From assembly GCA_041674525.1 (NCBI GenBank), contig JBAYVN010000004.1:8203-72202 (forward strand): a stretch of 64,000 nucleotides of DNA, given 5' to 3'. Every line of letters begins with the position of its first letter. Within the stretch, counting starts at the first letter, position 1. The stretch comes from Dehalococcoidia bacterium (GTDB lineage: Bacteria; Chloroflexota; Dehalococcoidia; UBA2979). The notes beneath the pieces were generated by a model that was given only the letters and a program-made list of their open reading frames with translations, did not search any database and was not told the DNA's origin. This document shows, one piece after another, positions 44,858 to 57,098 of this stretch. The position numbers and the translations under genes were made by a program.

Positions 44858-45525
44858 CCATCGCCGACACGCCGCTGCGCGTCATGCTCGTGGACGATCA
44901 TGCCGTCGTGCGACGCGGCCTGCGCGACCTGCTCTCGGAGCGCGGCGACATCTCCGTTGTCGGCGAGGCCGGCTCCGTGAAGCAGGCGCTGGAGGAGGCC
45001 GCGCGCCTCAAGCCGGACGTGGTCGTCATGGATCTGCGCCTCCCGGACGGGAGCGGCGTGGAGGCCTGCCGCGACATCCGCTCCGCGCACCCGGACACGA
45101 AGGTGCTCATCCTCACGTCCCACGCCGACCAGAACGCGCTGTTCGCGGCGGTGATCGCGGGGGCCTCGGGCTACCTGTTGAAGGACCTGAACCCGGCGAG
45201 CATCCAGGACGCCGTCACCCAGATCGGCCGCGGCGGCGCGATGCTCGACCCGCAGATGGCGACGGGGGTACTGGAACGGCTGCGCCGGGGCCAGGGCGCG
45301 CACCCGGCGGACGACGCCTTCTCGTCGCTCTCGCCGCAGGAGGATCGCATCCTGGACATGATCGCGGACGGGATGACCAACGGTGAGATCGCCCTGCGGC
45401 TGCAGCTCGCCGAGAAGACGATCAAGAACTACGTCTCGCAGATCTACGCGAAGTTGAACGTCGAGCGCCGCTCGCAGGCGGCACGCCTCGCGACCGAGCG
45501 GCGTCTCCGCAAGGAGCAGCAGTAG
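44854..45525 (+). CDS. LuxR/NarL-family response regulator (DevR/DosR-like)
   Basis: Receiver VMLVDDHAVVRRGL..VVVMDLRLPDGSG and the LuxR HTH (NGEIALRLQLAEKTIKNYVSQIYAKL). Start overlaps the kinase stop. Confidence 0.85.
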   Translation: MTIADTPLRVMLVDDHAVVRRGLRDLLSERGDISVVGEAGSVKQALEEAARLKPDVVVMDLRLPDGSGVEACRDIRSAHPDTKVLILTSHADQNALFAAVIAGASGYLLKDLNPASIQDAVTQIGRGGAMLDPQMATGVLERLRRGQGAHPADDAFSSLSPQEDRILDMIADGMTNGEIALRLQLAEKTIKNYVSQIYAKLNVERRSQAARLATERRLRKEQQ

Positions 45526-45583
45526 CCGCCTCGTCGGTGCGCGCGCGGCGTCCCGCTGCGCCGGCGCCCCGTCCGCTCGCCGC

Positions 45584-46582
45584 CTATCCGTTCGTGAGCG
45601 CCGCCAGCGAGACGAAGTCGTACCCGTTGGCGCGCAGGCCATCGATAATCGCCGGCAGCGCGGCGGCATCCTGCGACTGCGCGCCCACGTGGAAGATGAG
45701 GATCGCCCCCGGCGAGGTCAGCGCCAGGGTGCGCTCCACGATGCGCGGCGCGGACAGCCCGTTCCAGCCCAGCGAATCGACCGCCCACATCGCGGTCACG
45801 GTGTAGCCGCGCGCCCCGACGTCGGCGAGGACGGAGGCGTCCATGTCGCCGTACGGCGGGCGGAAGTACGGGAGCGTGGAGACCCCCGCGATGCGCTGGA
45901 TGGCCGCCTCGGTGCGATCGATCTCGGCCCAGCGCTGCGCGCGCGTGAGCGGCGCCGCGCCCGTGGACAGCCCTGTGAACGAGGCATGACTCCACGTGTG
46001 GTTGATCAGCTGGTGCCCCTCGGCGGCCATCCGCTTCACGAGCTGCGGGTTCTGCTCCGCCCACGTCCCCGTCATGCCGAAGCTCGCGATCGCGTGCTCG
46101 TGGTCGAGCGTGTCGAGGATGTCCGCGGCATATCCGACATCAGCCCCGGCGTCGAACGTCAGCGCGACGCGCTTCCTCGTGCGGTCGCCATAGCTGAGCG
46201 CGGTGGATCGCGGGCCGTCCGAGATCGCACCAGCGACCAGCGACGCGGGCGATGCGGTCGGGGGCGATGCGGTGGAGATTGCGGCCTCGGCCGTCGCCGC
46301 GGCCACTCGCAGCGGAGCCACGGACGCGGGGGCTCGTGCGGCGGTGACCGCATCCGGAGGCGCGGACGCGGCGGCGGACGGCGCGGTCGTCGTGGCGGGG
46401 GGCAGGGCGGGCGCCGGGGCGTGGCTGTGCCCGCCGGCCGCCGACGCGATCACGGAGAGCTCCCCCGCGCTCGGCGCAGGCACCGCCGAGGAGCGTACGC
46501 CGCCGCCAGAGACCGCGAACAGTGCGAGCACGGACACGATGCTAAAGAACGCGATCCTCGGGTAGCCACCAGGGATACGCAC
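45584..46582 (-). CDS. Secreted polysaccharide deacetylase (NodB-homology, CE4)
   Basis: VALTFDAGAD, HTWSH and other NodB motifs. Signal peptide followed by an Ala/Pro/Thr-rich linker. Confidence 0.8.
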   Translation of the reverse strand: MRIPGGYPRIAFFSIVSVLALFAVSGGGVRSSAVPAPSAGELSVIASAAGGHSHAPAPALPPATTTAPSAAASAPPDAVTAARAPASVAPLRVAAATAEAAISTASPPTASPASLVAGAISDGPRSTALSYGDRTRKRVALTFDAGADVGYAADILDTLDHEHAIASFGMTGTWAEQNPQLVKRMAAEGHQLINHTWSHASFTGLSTGAAPLTRAQRWAEIDRTEAAIQRIAGVSTLPYFRPPYGDMDASVLADVGARGYTVTAMWAVDSLGWNGLSAPRIVERTLALTSPGAILIFHVGAQSQDAAALPAIIDGLRANGYDFVSLAALTNG

Positions 46583-46584
46583 GC

Positions 46585-47553
46585 TCAGCCCCCCTGCTTC
46601 GTCTGTGGCAGGAACTCCAGCACGCCACGCGCCACACCGCGCGCCATGGCGTTACGTGCGCCCTCTTCGCGCAGCAGCGCCCCATCGGCGGGGCTGCTAA
46701 TGAACAGCAGCTCGACGAGCGCGCCGGGCATCTGCGACGCACGGCTGCTGATGCTCTCCTGGCCGGGCGCGAAGCCCAGCGCCTCGGGCGTGCCGCCGCG
46801 ACGGTACACCTCGTCGCGGCCGGTGACGCGCGGCGGACCGAGGATGAAGAGCGGGAAACAGCGCCCCTGGAACGCCTTCAGGCAGGCATCGTCGAAGATG
46901 CCGCGCGCCATCGCCGGGTATCCCGCGGAGCGCATCTCGGCGCTGACGCCCTCGAGCAGCAGTCCCGCCAGCGTCCGGCTCTCCGCTGAGAACGGGCGCT
47001 GGCCGCTGTAGTAGACCTCGTAGCCGCGGGTCTCGGCGTCCGGCGCACCGTTGGAGTGCAGGGAGACGAGCGCGTCCGCGTGCGCCGCGTTCGCGATGTC
47101 GATGCGGGCCTGCAGGTCCAGGCGCGTGCCGCTGTACCCCGTCACCTGCGTGGGCGGCGCGCCGGGCGCTGCCGCGCGCACATCGGCGGTGCGCGTCAGG
47201 ATCACCTCGACCCCGCGCGCGCGCAGCACGTCCGCGACGCGCTTCGCCATGTCGAGGTTCGAGTCCTTCTCGACGACGCCGTACGCCACCGCGCCGCTCT
47301 CATCCACGGCGTGCCCGGGGTCCATCACCACGACCGGGGAGCGCCGCGCGACCGCGGTGGGTACAGGGGTCGCGGCGGCCGGCTGCACCGAGGGGACGCC
47401 GGGGCCGCCGGCGGTCGGCGTGGACGTCGCCGTGGCCGCCGGGGACGCGTGTGGGGGCGCTCCGCAGGCGGCTGCCGCGAAGCACGCGACTCCGGTCAGC
47501 AGGCGGACGAGCACGTGAGCAGGCACACGGGGCGCGACGGTGCGTGCGGGCAT
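46585..47553 (-). CDS. N-acetylmuramoyl-L-alanine amidase (Amidase_3 family)
   Basis: VVVMDPGHA, ALVSLHSNGAPDAETRGYEVYY and the C-terminal E in ELLFIS. Start at the internal ATG overlapping the upstream gene's stop (ATGA). Confidence 0.8.
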   Translation of the reverse strand: MPARTVAPRVPAHVLVRLLTGVACFAAAACGAPPHASPAATATSTPTAGGPGVPSVQPAAATPVPTAVARRSPVVVMDPGHAVDESGAVAYGVVEKDSNLDMAKRVADVLRARGVEVILTRTADVRAAAPGAPPTQVTGYSGTRLDLQARIDIANAAHADALVSLHSNGAPDAETRGYEVYYSGQRPFSAESRTLAGLLLEGVSAEMRSAGYPAMARGIFDDACLKAFQGRCFPLFILGPPRVTGRDEVYRRGGTPEALGFAPGQESISSRASQMPGALVELLFISSPADGALLREEGARNAMARGVARGVLEFLPQTKQGG

Positions 47554-48608
47554 CACGAGGCGCCAGGCGCCACGGCGCCCTCGGCGGCGGTGGCGACGGG
47601 TGGCGACCACGTGTGGGTGTCAAACGCCCAGCGGAAGAGCGCGGCCCCATCGGAGGCGCGGTCGGGGGAGCGCAGCACGACGACAAGCACGCGGTGCCCG
47701 TCGCGCGTGACGGAGCCGACGAGCGTCTGGCGCGCCGTGCGCGTGTATCCCGTCTTCACGCCGTCGACGCCGGGAAGTCGCGAGTAGAGCGGGTTGAGCG
47801 TGCCCAGGTCGTACGTCGCGAGCGCGCCGGTCACGACGCGGTACCGGGTGCTCACGATCTCGCGGAAGTCCTGGCGTTGCATGGCCACGCGCGTCAACAC
47901 GGCGAGGTCGAACGCGGAGGAGTAGTGACTCGTGGCGTCCAGACCGTGCGGGTTCGCGAAGTGGGTGTCGACGAGTCCGAGCTCGGCGGCGCGCTGGTTC
48001 ATGAGCGCGACGAACGCATCCGTCGAACCGCTGACATGCTCCGCGATCGCGAGCGCGGCGTCGTTCCCGGAGGGGAGCATGAGCCCGTAGAGCAGGCCTT
48101 CCAGCGTCAGCCGCTCGCCGGGCACGAGGCCCATCACGGTGCTGCCGCGCATCCGGCGGCTGTCCACGGTGACCTCGACCTGGTCCTCGAGATGGGCGCG
48201 TTCGAGGGCGAGCAGGGCCGTCATGATCTTCGTGAGGCTCGCCTCCGGGAGGCGGATGTGGGCGTCCTTCTCGTACAGCACGACGCCGCTCGTCTCGTCG
48301 ATCACGATCGCGGAATCGCTGGCGATGGCGGGCGCCGGCGGGGCCTCGGGAACGAGGCTGGGGGCGGGCCCCCACGCGATCATCCGCGCCGGCACGGGCG
48401 CCGGCGCGGGGACGAGCACCGCGGGGGCGGGCACGGCCTCCTCGATCGGGGCGCTTCGGGACGTCGAGGGACGCACGGGCGCCCCACCGCCTTCGCGGGC
48501 GCTCAGGACAGCGGGGCGAGCGAGCGCGGCGGATCCCAGCGCCATCAGCAGGACGGCCAGGAACGCGAGGTGCCGGAAGAACTGCGGGTGCCGGTTGAGG
48601 CGCGTCAT
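47553..48608 (-). CDS. D-alanyl-D-alanine carboxypeptidase (S11 family, DacB-like)
   Basis: SxxK ASLTKIMT, SGN (LPSGND) and KTG (VKTGYT). Signal peptide. Confidence 0.8.
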   Translation of the reverse strand: MTRLNRHPQFFRHLAFLAVLLMALGSAALARPAVLSAREGGGAPVRPSTSRSAPIEEAVPAPAVLVPAPAPVPARMIAWGPAPSLVPEAPPAPAIASDSAIVIDETSGVVLYEKDAHIRLPEASLTKIMTALLALERAHLEDQVEVTVDSRRMRGSTVMGLVPGERLTLEGLLYGLMLPSGNDAALAIAEHVSGSTDAFVALMNQRAAELGLVDTHFANPHGLDATSHYSSAFDLAVLTRVAMQRQDFREIVSTRYRVVTGALATYDLGTLNPLYSRLPGVDGVKTGYTRTARQTLVGSVTRDGHRVLVVVLRSPDRASDGAALFRWAFDTHTWSPPVATAAEGAVAPGAS

Positions 48609-48712
48609 TCCTGGACCCTGGGCGGTGCGGCGGGTGCTGACAGTGAACACGAAACCGTGCCGTGCTGCGAGCCGCGCAATCCTCACGCCCCGCCGCCCGC
48701 CCGGCGCGGGAG

Positions 48713-49642
48713 CTAGACCAGTCTGCTCCCGCCCCCGGCGGGACCGCCGTCCGGGGCTCCGCGATCACGCTGGTCGCGCTGATCGCGGAGGAATGCCTCC
48801 ACGCCGTCGATCACGGCTGCGGGATCCAGGGTCTCTGCCGCGGCCGGTGGCTCGGGCGGGGAGGCATCGTCGTACTGCTCCTCCAGCCCGCGGACGATGT
48901 CCACGAGCTGCGGCTGCGCGGCGAAGGCGTCCACGAGCGCAATGTCGGCGCGGGCCACCTCGCCATCGACCTCCTCGAGGGAGGTGCGCGTGCCCAGCGC
49001 GCGGTCGATCGCCGTCACCAGGGCGCGGACGGCGTACGGGTTCGCGTCCCCATCGATGTAGAACGGAGCGATTGCGGTGAGGGAGAACCCACTGCGCCCA
49101 CGCGCGCGCTCCTCGATGGCGATCGCCATGGCGTAGGAGGCCGGGCCCTGGTATCGCGGCGCACGGGAGGGCAGGCCGAAGAGCGCGGCCTCCCCCTCGC
49201 CGGCGCCGACGAGGTGCATCGGAATCGGGCGGCTGTGGGGGGTTCCGCCGGGGTAGGCGTTCACGATCATGGACTGCTCGACGCCCAGCGCCTCGGCGAC
49301 GGAGGCGAACGCCTCGCCGTACGAGCGCCAGCGGAGGTGCGGCTCCGCGCCCGCGAACAGCACGATGTCGCGCCCGGCGCCCTCGGGGCGGGCGACCGCG
49401 AAGCGCGCCTCGGGCCAGTCCAGCACGCGCGTTCGATCCTCGATGCGGACGGTGGGGCGCAGGACGCTGAAGTCGAAGTAACGGTCGGGATCGATCTCCG
49501 CGACCGGGCGGGCGCTCCAGTGCTGCGCGAGGTACGCCACGGCGGCCACCGCCGAGGAGCCGTTGTGGCCGTCGAAGGCGGCGATCAGCAGAGGGCGGTC
49601 CAGCGGCCGAACGTCACCGGTGACTCGGACATCCGGGTGCAT
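48713..49642 (-). CDS. PAC2 family protein (proteasome-assembly-chaperone-2-like)
   Basis: LIAAFDGHNGSSAVAAVAYL ... GAEPHLRWRSYGEAFASVAEALGV... shows the PAC2/DUF75 pattern. Start at the internal ATG (MHPDVR). Confidence 0.75.
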   Translation of the reverse strand: MHPDVRVTGDVRPLDRPLLIAAFDGHNGSSAVAAVAYLAQHWSARPVAEIDPDRYFDFSVLRPTVRIEDRTRVLDWPEARFAVARPEGAGRDIVLFAGAEPHLRWRSYGEAFASVAEALGVEQSMIVNAYPGGTPHSRPIPMHLVGAGEGEAALFGLPSRAPRYQGPASYAMAIAIEERARGRSGFSLTAIAPFYIDGDANPYAVRALVTAIDRALGTRTSLEEVDGEVARADIALVDAFAAQPQLVDIVRGLEEQYDDASPPEPPAAAETLDPAAVIDGVEAFLRDQRDQRDRGAPDGGPAGGGSRLV

Positions 49643-49773
49643 CCTGCACTCCTCGACCCCCTGCTGCCTGCAGCAGGCATTGCAGAGCCAGTTTAGCACT
49701 CTCGCGATGAGACTGCTAAACCGTCCCCGGGATGACGCGGGGGTGGGGGGAGTGGTAGATTGGGCGCCAGCAC

Positions 49774-49858
49774 AGCACACGGGGTGGTCGGAACGAGCCC
49801 GTTCCGGCCTGAGATCAGACCCGCGAACCTGATCCGGGTAATTCCGGCGGAGGGATTG
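49774..49858 (+). ncRNA. TPP (thiamine pyrophosphate, THI-box) riboswitch upstream of thiD
   Basis: Matches the conserved aptamer pattern GGGGUGG...CCUGAGA...ACCC...GAACCUGAUCCGGGUAAUUCCGGCGGAGGGA. Sits 90 nt upstream of the first thi gene. Confidence 0.85.
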
Positions 49859-49949
49859 TGCGCTCGAGGGCGAAACCGCCCACCTGCGCCCGAACGCAGT
49901 CTGACAGTGCACCGCCCCGCCTCGCCGTGCCCGGATCACGGAGGCTGAC

Positions 49950-50801
49950 ATGCGCACGGTGCTCACGGTCGCCGGCTCGGACAGTGGCGCCGGGGCGGGG
50001 ATCCAGGCGGACCTGAAGGCGATCGCCGCCAACGGCGCCTATGGCCTCTCGATCCTCACCTCCGTGACGGCGCAGAACACCCACGCCGTGACTGCCGCCC
50101 TCGCTCTGCCCGCGGAACTCATCGAGGAGCAGTTCGCGGCGATCTTCGCCGACTTCGCGCCGGCCGCGACCAAGAGCGGCATGCTCGCCGACCGCGAGCG
50201 CGTTGAGGTGGTGGCACGCGCGATGCGCCGCTACCGGCCGCCGCATTATGTCATGGACCCCGTGATGGTCTCCAAGTCCGGCTTCCCGCTCCTCGAGCAC
50301 GACGCCATCGAGGTGTTGCAGTCGCAGCTGCTGCCGCTCGCGGAGGTGGTGACCCCGAACGTGCACGAGGCGCAACTGCTGGCGGGGATGCCGATCGCCA
50401 CGCTGGAGGATGCCCGCGTCGCGGCGGCCCGCATCCTCGAGCAGGGCCCGCGGGCGGTGATCCTGAAGGGCGGCCACCTCCAGGAGCGCCCCGGCACCGA
50501 CCTCCTGCTCACGGCGAGCGGCTCGCGGCTCTTCGAGGGCGAGTTCATCGAGAGCACGAGCACGCACGGCACCGGGTGCACGTTCTCCTCCGCGCTCGCG
50601 ACGCAGCTGGCGCACGGGCACTCGCTGGAGGACGCGGTGGCGATCGCGAAGGCCTACCTCACCGAGACGATCCGGCACGCGCCCGGCCTGGGCGGAGGGT
50701 CCGGGCCCACCGACCACTTCTTCTATCTGCGCGGCGGTGACCCCGCACCGTGGCTCGCACGGCTGGGGGTCTCGGTAGACGCGATGGAGGAGCGGCGATG
50801 A
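49950..50801 (+). CDS. thiD: Hydroxymethylpyrimidine/phosphomethylpyrimidine kinase ThiD
   Basis: TVAGSDSGAGAGIQADLK, ribokinase-like fold, C-terminal HGTGCTFSSA. Confidence 0.9.
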   Translation: MRTVLTVAGSDSGAGAGIQADLKAIAANGAYGLSILTSVTAQNTHAVTAALALPAELIEEQFAAIFADFAPAATKSGMLADRERVEVVARAMRRYRPPHYVMDPVMVSKSGFPLLEHDAIEVLQSQLLPLAEVVTPNVHEAQLLAGMPIATLEDARVAAARILEQGPRAVILKGGHLQERPGTDLLLTASGSRLFEGEFIESTSTHGTGCTFSSALATQLAHGHSLEDAVAIAKAYLTETIRHAPGLGGGSGPTDHFFYLRGGDPAPWLARLGVSVDAMEERR

Positions 50802-51499
50802 ACGACAGCCGATCCGGCGCGCTGCCCGCTCGCCCGGACATTCCACGACTGCAGGTGATCACCGACGAGACGGTGCAGACACGGCACAGCCACGCCGCAC
50901 TGGCGGCGATGGCCGCGCGCGGCGGCGCAGACGCGGTGCAGTTCCGTGAGAAGCGCCCCTGGACCGCGCGCGAGCGCATCGAGGTCGCGCGCGCCTGCCT
51001 CGACGCCTGCCACGAGCACGGCGCGATGCTGCTGGTGGACGACTTCGCGGATGTCGCACTGGCCGTCGGCGCGGGTGCCATCCACCTGGGGCGGAACGAC
51101 CTGGACGTGGTGACGGCCCGCCGGATCGTGGGCCCGGGGGTGATCATCGGCGGCACGGCGAACAGCTACGAGGAGGCGACGGGCGTCTGGTCGACGGACG
51201 TCGACTACATCGGCGTGGGTCCCGTCTACGGCACCCAATCGAAGGCGAACCCGGCGCCGGACATGGGCCTGGAGACCCTCGCACGGATCTGCGCGGACTC
51301 GCCGGTGCCGGTCGTGGCCATCGGCAGCATCACTCCGGAGCGGATCCCCGAGGTGATCGCGGCGGGTGCGTACGGTGTCGCGGTGCTCTCCGCGGTGGTC
51401 TCGGCGGACGACCCGATCGCCGCGACGGCGCGCTGCCGCGCGGCGCTGCTGGCGGCGCTGGCGCGGCGCGCGGCGGGGTCGAGGGGCGCACCGGCGTGA
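50798..51499 (+). CDS. thiE: Thiamine-phosphate synthase ThiE
   Basis: TIM-barrel ThiE motifs (VQFREK, IIGGTANS, YIGVGPVYGTQSK). ATG overlaps the thiD stop. Confidence 0.85.
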   Translation: MNDSRSGALPARPDIPRLQVITDETVQTRHSHAALAAMAARGGADAVQFREKRPWTARERIEVARACLDACHEHGAMLLVDDFADVALAVGAGAIHLGRNDLDVVTARRIVGPGVIIGGTANSYEEATGVWSTDVDYIGVGPVYGTQSKANPAPDMGLETLARICADSPVPVVAIGSITPERIPEVIAAGAYGVAVLSAVVSADDPIAATARCRAALLAALARRAAGSRGAPA

Positions 51500-52658
51500 C
51501 AGCGACACCGACGGGCACAACGGATGTGGCGATCGTGGGCGGCGGGATCATCGGCCTGGCGGTCGCGCACGCCCTCGCGCAACGCGGGCGGCGCGTCACA
51601 GTCATCGAGGAGGCGCAGATCGGCGAGCGCGCCGCCGCGGGCGTGGCCGCCGGGATGCTCGCTCCTTCGTCGGAGGTTGACCTCACCGACCCGCGGCTCA
51701 CCCACCTCGCGCTGGCCAGTCACGAGGCATACCCGGAGTGGAGCGCCGCGCTGGAACGCGAGAGCGGCATCGCCACCGGCTACGACGCGACCGGCACGCT
51801 GCTCGTCGCGCTGCACCGCGACCACATCGCGCTGATCGAGCACCTGCACGCCTTCCAGGTGGAGCGCGGCCTGGCCGCGGAGCGACTGACCGGCCGCGAG
51901 GCGCGCGAGGAGGAGCCGTACCTGGCGCCGGGGATCGCGGGCGCCCTCCGCATGCCGGACGCGCAGGTGGACCCCCGGCGGCTGCTGCGCGCGCTGCCGG
52001 TGGCGCTGGATCGCGCCGGCGGGACGCTGCTCACCGGCACGCACGTCGCGAGCGTCTCGCCCGGCAGCGAGGGCGGGGAGTACGAGGTCGCGATCGAGCA
52101 CGACGGCGCGCGCTCCACGCTGCGGGCGGCGCAGGTGGTGATCGCCGCCGGCGCGTGGTCGCGCCAGGTGGCCTCGCCGATCGAGGGGCTGCCGGTGCTG
52201 CCGCTGCCGATGCGCCCCGTGAAGGGCCAGATCCTGCGCCTGCGCGGCGAACGCCTCGCGCGTCACGTGGTGCGCACCCCGGACGTGTACCTGGTGCCCC
52301 GCGCGGACGGCGAGCTGGTCGTCGGCGCGTCGATGGAGGACCAGGGCTTCGATGCGCGCCCGACGGCGGGCGCGGTGCACGACCTGCTGCGCGAGGCGCG
52401 GCGCGTCCTGCCGGGGATCGCGGAGCTGGAGCTGGCGGAGTGCGGGGTCGGCTTCCGCCCGGCGCTGCGCGACCACCTCCCCGCGATCGGCTGCGTGGAC
52501 GGCGCCGGGCTGTTCGCGGCCACGGGGCACTTCCGCAACGGTGTCGAGCTGGCGCCGATCACGGCACGCCTGCTCGCCGACCTGATGTGCGACGGCCGCC
52601 TCGACGCGCTCCTGGAGCCGTTCGCGCCGGGGCGCTTCGCGCCGAGCGAGGCCGCGAG

Positions 52659-52662
<4 letters not shown>
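51496..52662 (+). CDS. thiO: Glycine oxidase ThiO (FAD-dependent)
   Basis: DVAIVGGGIIGLAVAHALAQRG Rossmann; DAAO-family; located inside the thi operon. Confidence 0.85.
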
Positions 52663-54385
<1,723 letters not shown>

Positions 54386-54389
<4 letters not shown>

Positions 54390-55453
54390 GTCAGACGCAA
54401 CGATCCGGGCGGGGCGGGCGAGGCTGGTCGCGGCGCGACGTGCTGTCGCTCGGTGCGATGGGCCTCGGCGCGGCGGGGCTCGCCGCCATCGGCTGCAGGC
54501 CGCGACCGGAGGATGCCCGCGTCACCTCGGGTCTGGAGCGCGTTCGCCTGGCGCTGGACTGGACTCCGAACACCAACCACACCGGCTTCTTCGTCGCCGA
54601 TCGCCTCGGGTGGTACCGCGAGGCGGGAATCCAGCTGGAGGTGCTGCCGTACTCCGGCGCGGCGGTGGAGACGCTGCTGGGGGCGGGGCAGGCCGACTTC
54701 GGCGTCTCGTTCCAGGACGCGCTGGTGTTCGCGCGCGCCTCCGGGCTGCCGATCGTCTCGACGATGGCGATCCTGCAGCACATCGCGACGGCGATCGCCG
54801 TCAAGGCGGATCGCACGGACGTGAAGACCCCGAAGGACCTCGACGGCAAGACGTACGCGGGCTTCGGCCTGCCGTACGAGGTGCCGACGCTCCAGCGGGT
54901 GATCCGCAATGCCGGCGGCACCGGCAAGTTCGAGGTGGTGACGCTGAAGACGGCGGCATACGAGGCGCTCTACTCGGGCGCGGCGGACTTCACCGTGCCC
55001 TTCATCACCTGGGAGGCGATCGAGGCCGACCTGCACCGGCAGGCGCTGCGCACCTTCCGCTACGCCGACTACGGGTTCCCGGACTTCTACCAGGTGGTGC
55101 TCGCCGCGAACCAGGACTGGATCGCAAAGCATCGGGACCGGGCGCAGCGCTTCGTGCGCGCGACGGTGCGCGGCTTCGAGCTCGCGGCGAGGCAGCCGCA
55201 CGAGGCGGCCCAGCACCTGATCGCCGCGAACCCGGGCGCGTTCACGGAACCGGAGCTGGTGGAGCGCAGCGCCAAGCTGCTCGCCGAGCAGTACTACCTC
55301 GATGAGCGCGGCAAGTTCGGCACGCAGACGCTGGAGCGGTGGACGGCGTACTCGAAGTTCCTGTACGGGACCGGCACGCTGGTGGACCCGCAGGGCAAGC
55401 AGCTGGCGAAGGAGCCCGACTGGTCCACGCACTTCACGAACGACCTGCTCTAA
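54386..55453 (+). CDS. thiY: NMT1/THI5-like ABC substrate-binding protein (ThiY-type HMP/pyrimidine precursor binding) with Tat signal
   Basis: SRRDVLSLGAMGLGAAGLAAIGC twin-arginine/lipobox N-terminus; NMT1-like domain. GTG start overlaps the upstream stop. Confidence 0.75.
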
Positions 55454-55494
55454 CCGCTGGCACGAGGGGGACCCATGGCCCCGCGGACTGGTTC

Positions 55495-56274
55495 ATGAAC
55501 CGCCAGGCGGCGCGCATACTCCCGGTGATCCTGCTGGTGGCGGCGATCCTCGCGGCGTGGGAGGTGTACGCGCGCGCCTCGGGCATCCGCCCGCAGGTGC
55601 TGCCCGCGCCCAGCCGCGTAGTGACCGAGGGCTGGGCGTTTCGCGGCCTCATCTGGTCGAACACCCTGCCGACGCTGGGCGAGACGGCGGCGGGCTTCTC
55701 GCTGGCGGTCCTGGCCGGCTCCGCCGCCGCCGTGGCGATCGACTTCTCGCAGGGCGTGCGGCGCGCGCTCTACCCCGTGCTCGTCGCATCGCAGGCGATC
55801 CCCATCGTGGCCGTCGCGCCGCTGCTGGTGCTGTGGTTCGGGTTCGGGATCGTGCCGAAGGCGCTGGTCGTGGCGCTGGTCACGTTCTTCCCGATCACCG
55901 TGGGGTGGGTGGACGGCTTCGCGGCCACGGAGCGGGCCGCCTCGAACCTGCTGCGATCGATGGGCGCCAACCGGTGGCAGGTGTTCCGGCTGGTGCGCGT
56001 CCCCGGCGCCCTGCCCTCGTTCTTCTCGGGCCTGCGGATCGCCATCACCTACGCGGTGGTCGGGGCGATCTTCGCGGAGTACGTGGGCGCGAAGCGGGGG
56101 CTGGGGATCTTCATGCAACTCCAGCAGAACTCGTTTCGCACCGACCTGGTGATGGCGGCGGTCGCCGTGACGGCGGCGATCAGCGTCGCGCTCTTCCTCG
56201 CGACCTACGCGATCGAGCGCCTCGCGATCCCGTGGCACGAGGCGGCGCGCGCCGGGCGCGGAGCACCGCGATGA
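55495..56274 (+). CDS. thiX: ABC transporter permease (NitT/TauT-type; ThiX)
   Basis: 6-TM permease with an EAA-like loop (MGANRWQVFRLVRVPGALP). Confidence 0.85.
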   Translation: MNRQAARILPVILLVAAILAAWEVYARASGIRPQVLPAPSRVVTEGWAFRGLIWSNTLPTLGETAAGFSLAVLAGSAAAVAIDFSQGVRRALYPVLVASQAIPIVAVAPLLVLWFGFGIVPKALVVALVTFFPITVGWVDGFAATERAASNLLRSMGANRWQVFRLVRVPGALPSFFSGLRIAITYAVVGAIFAEYVGAKRGLGIFMQLQQNSFRTDLVMAAVAVTAAISVALFLATYAIERLAIPWHEAARAGRGAPR

Positions 56275-57098
56275 CCCCCCGCCTGCAGGTGACCGGGATC
56301 GCCAAGCGGTTCGTGGACGGTGACCGCACCGTGGAGGTGATGCGCGAGATCGCGATCGAGGCGCACGCGGGCGAGTTCGTGAGCGTGATCGGGCCCAGCG
56401 GGTGCGGCAAGAGCACGCTCTTCAACATCATCGCCGGGCTGGAGGATGCCGACGCCGGGGAGGTCCGCGTGGATGGCGCGCTGGTGACCGGCCACCGGGA
56501 GGCGTTCGCGTACATGCCGCAGCAGGACCTGCTGTTCCCGTGGCGGCGCGTCCTGGACAACACCACGCTGGGCCTCGAGATCCGCGGCGTGCCCCGCGCC
56601 GAGGCACGAGCGCGCGCCTCGGCGCTCTTCGAGCGCTTCGGCCTCGAGGGCTTCGAGCGGGCGTATCCGTACATGCTCTCCGGCGGCATGCGGCAGCGCG
56701 CGGCGCTGCTGCGCACTGTCGTGCAGGAGCGGCCGATCCTGCTGCTGGACGAACCCTTCGGCGCGCTCGATGCGCTCACGCGCATGGAGATGCAGGAGTG
56801 GCTCGCGGGCGTGTCGGCGGAGTTCGGCTGGACCGTGCTGCTGGTGACGCACGACGTGCGCGAGGCGGTGCTGCTCTCCGATCGCATCGTGGTGCTCACC
56901 CCGCGTCCCGCCACCGTCGCCGCGACGATCGAGGTGCCGCTGCCGCGCCCGCGCCGCCTCGATCTGCTCGCAGACCGCGCGTTCGTGGAGGGCGAGACGG
57001 CCGTCCTGCGGGCGCTACGCGCAGGCAGCCCCGGAGGTGCCACCGGCACGATGAGCGCGGATGGCGTAGACGGCGCGGCCGCCGGGGGACGGCGGTGA
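56271..57098 (+). CDS. thiZ: ABC transporter ATP-binding protein (ThiZ)
   Basis: Walker A GPSGCGKST, signature LSGGMRQR, Walker B ILLLDEPFGALD. Confidence 0.85.
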   Translation: MTPRLQVTGIAKRFVDGDRTVEVMREIAIEAHAGEFVSVIGPSGCGKSTLFNIIAGLEDADAGEVRVDGALVTGHREAFAYMPQQDLLFPWRRVLDNTTLGLEIRGVPRAEARARASALFERFGLEGFERAYPYMLSGGMRQRAALLRTVVQERPILLLDEPFGALDALTRMEMQEWLAGVSAEFGWTVLLVTHDVREAVLLSDRIVVLTPRPATVAATIEVPLPRPRRLDLLADRAFVEGETAVLRALRAGSPGGATGTMSADGVDGAAAGGRR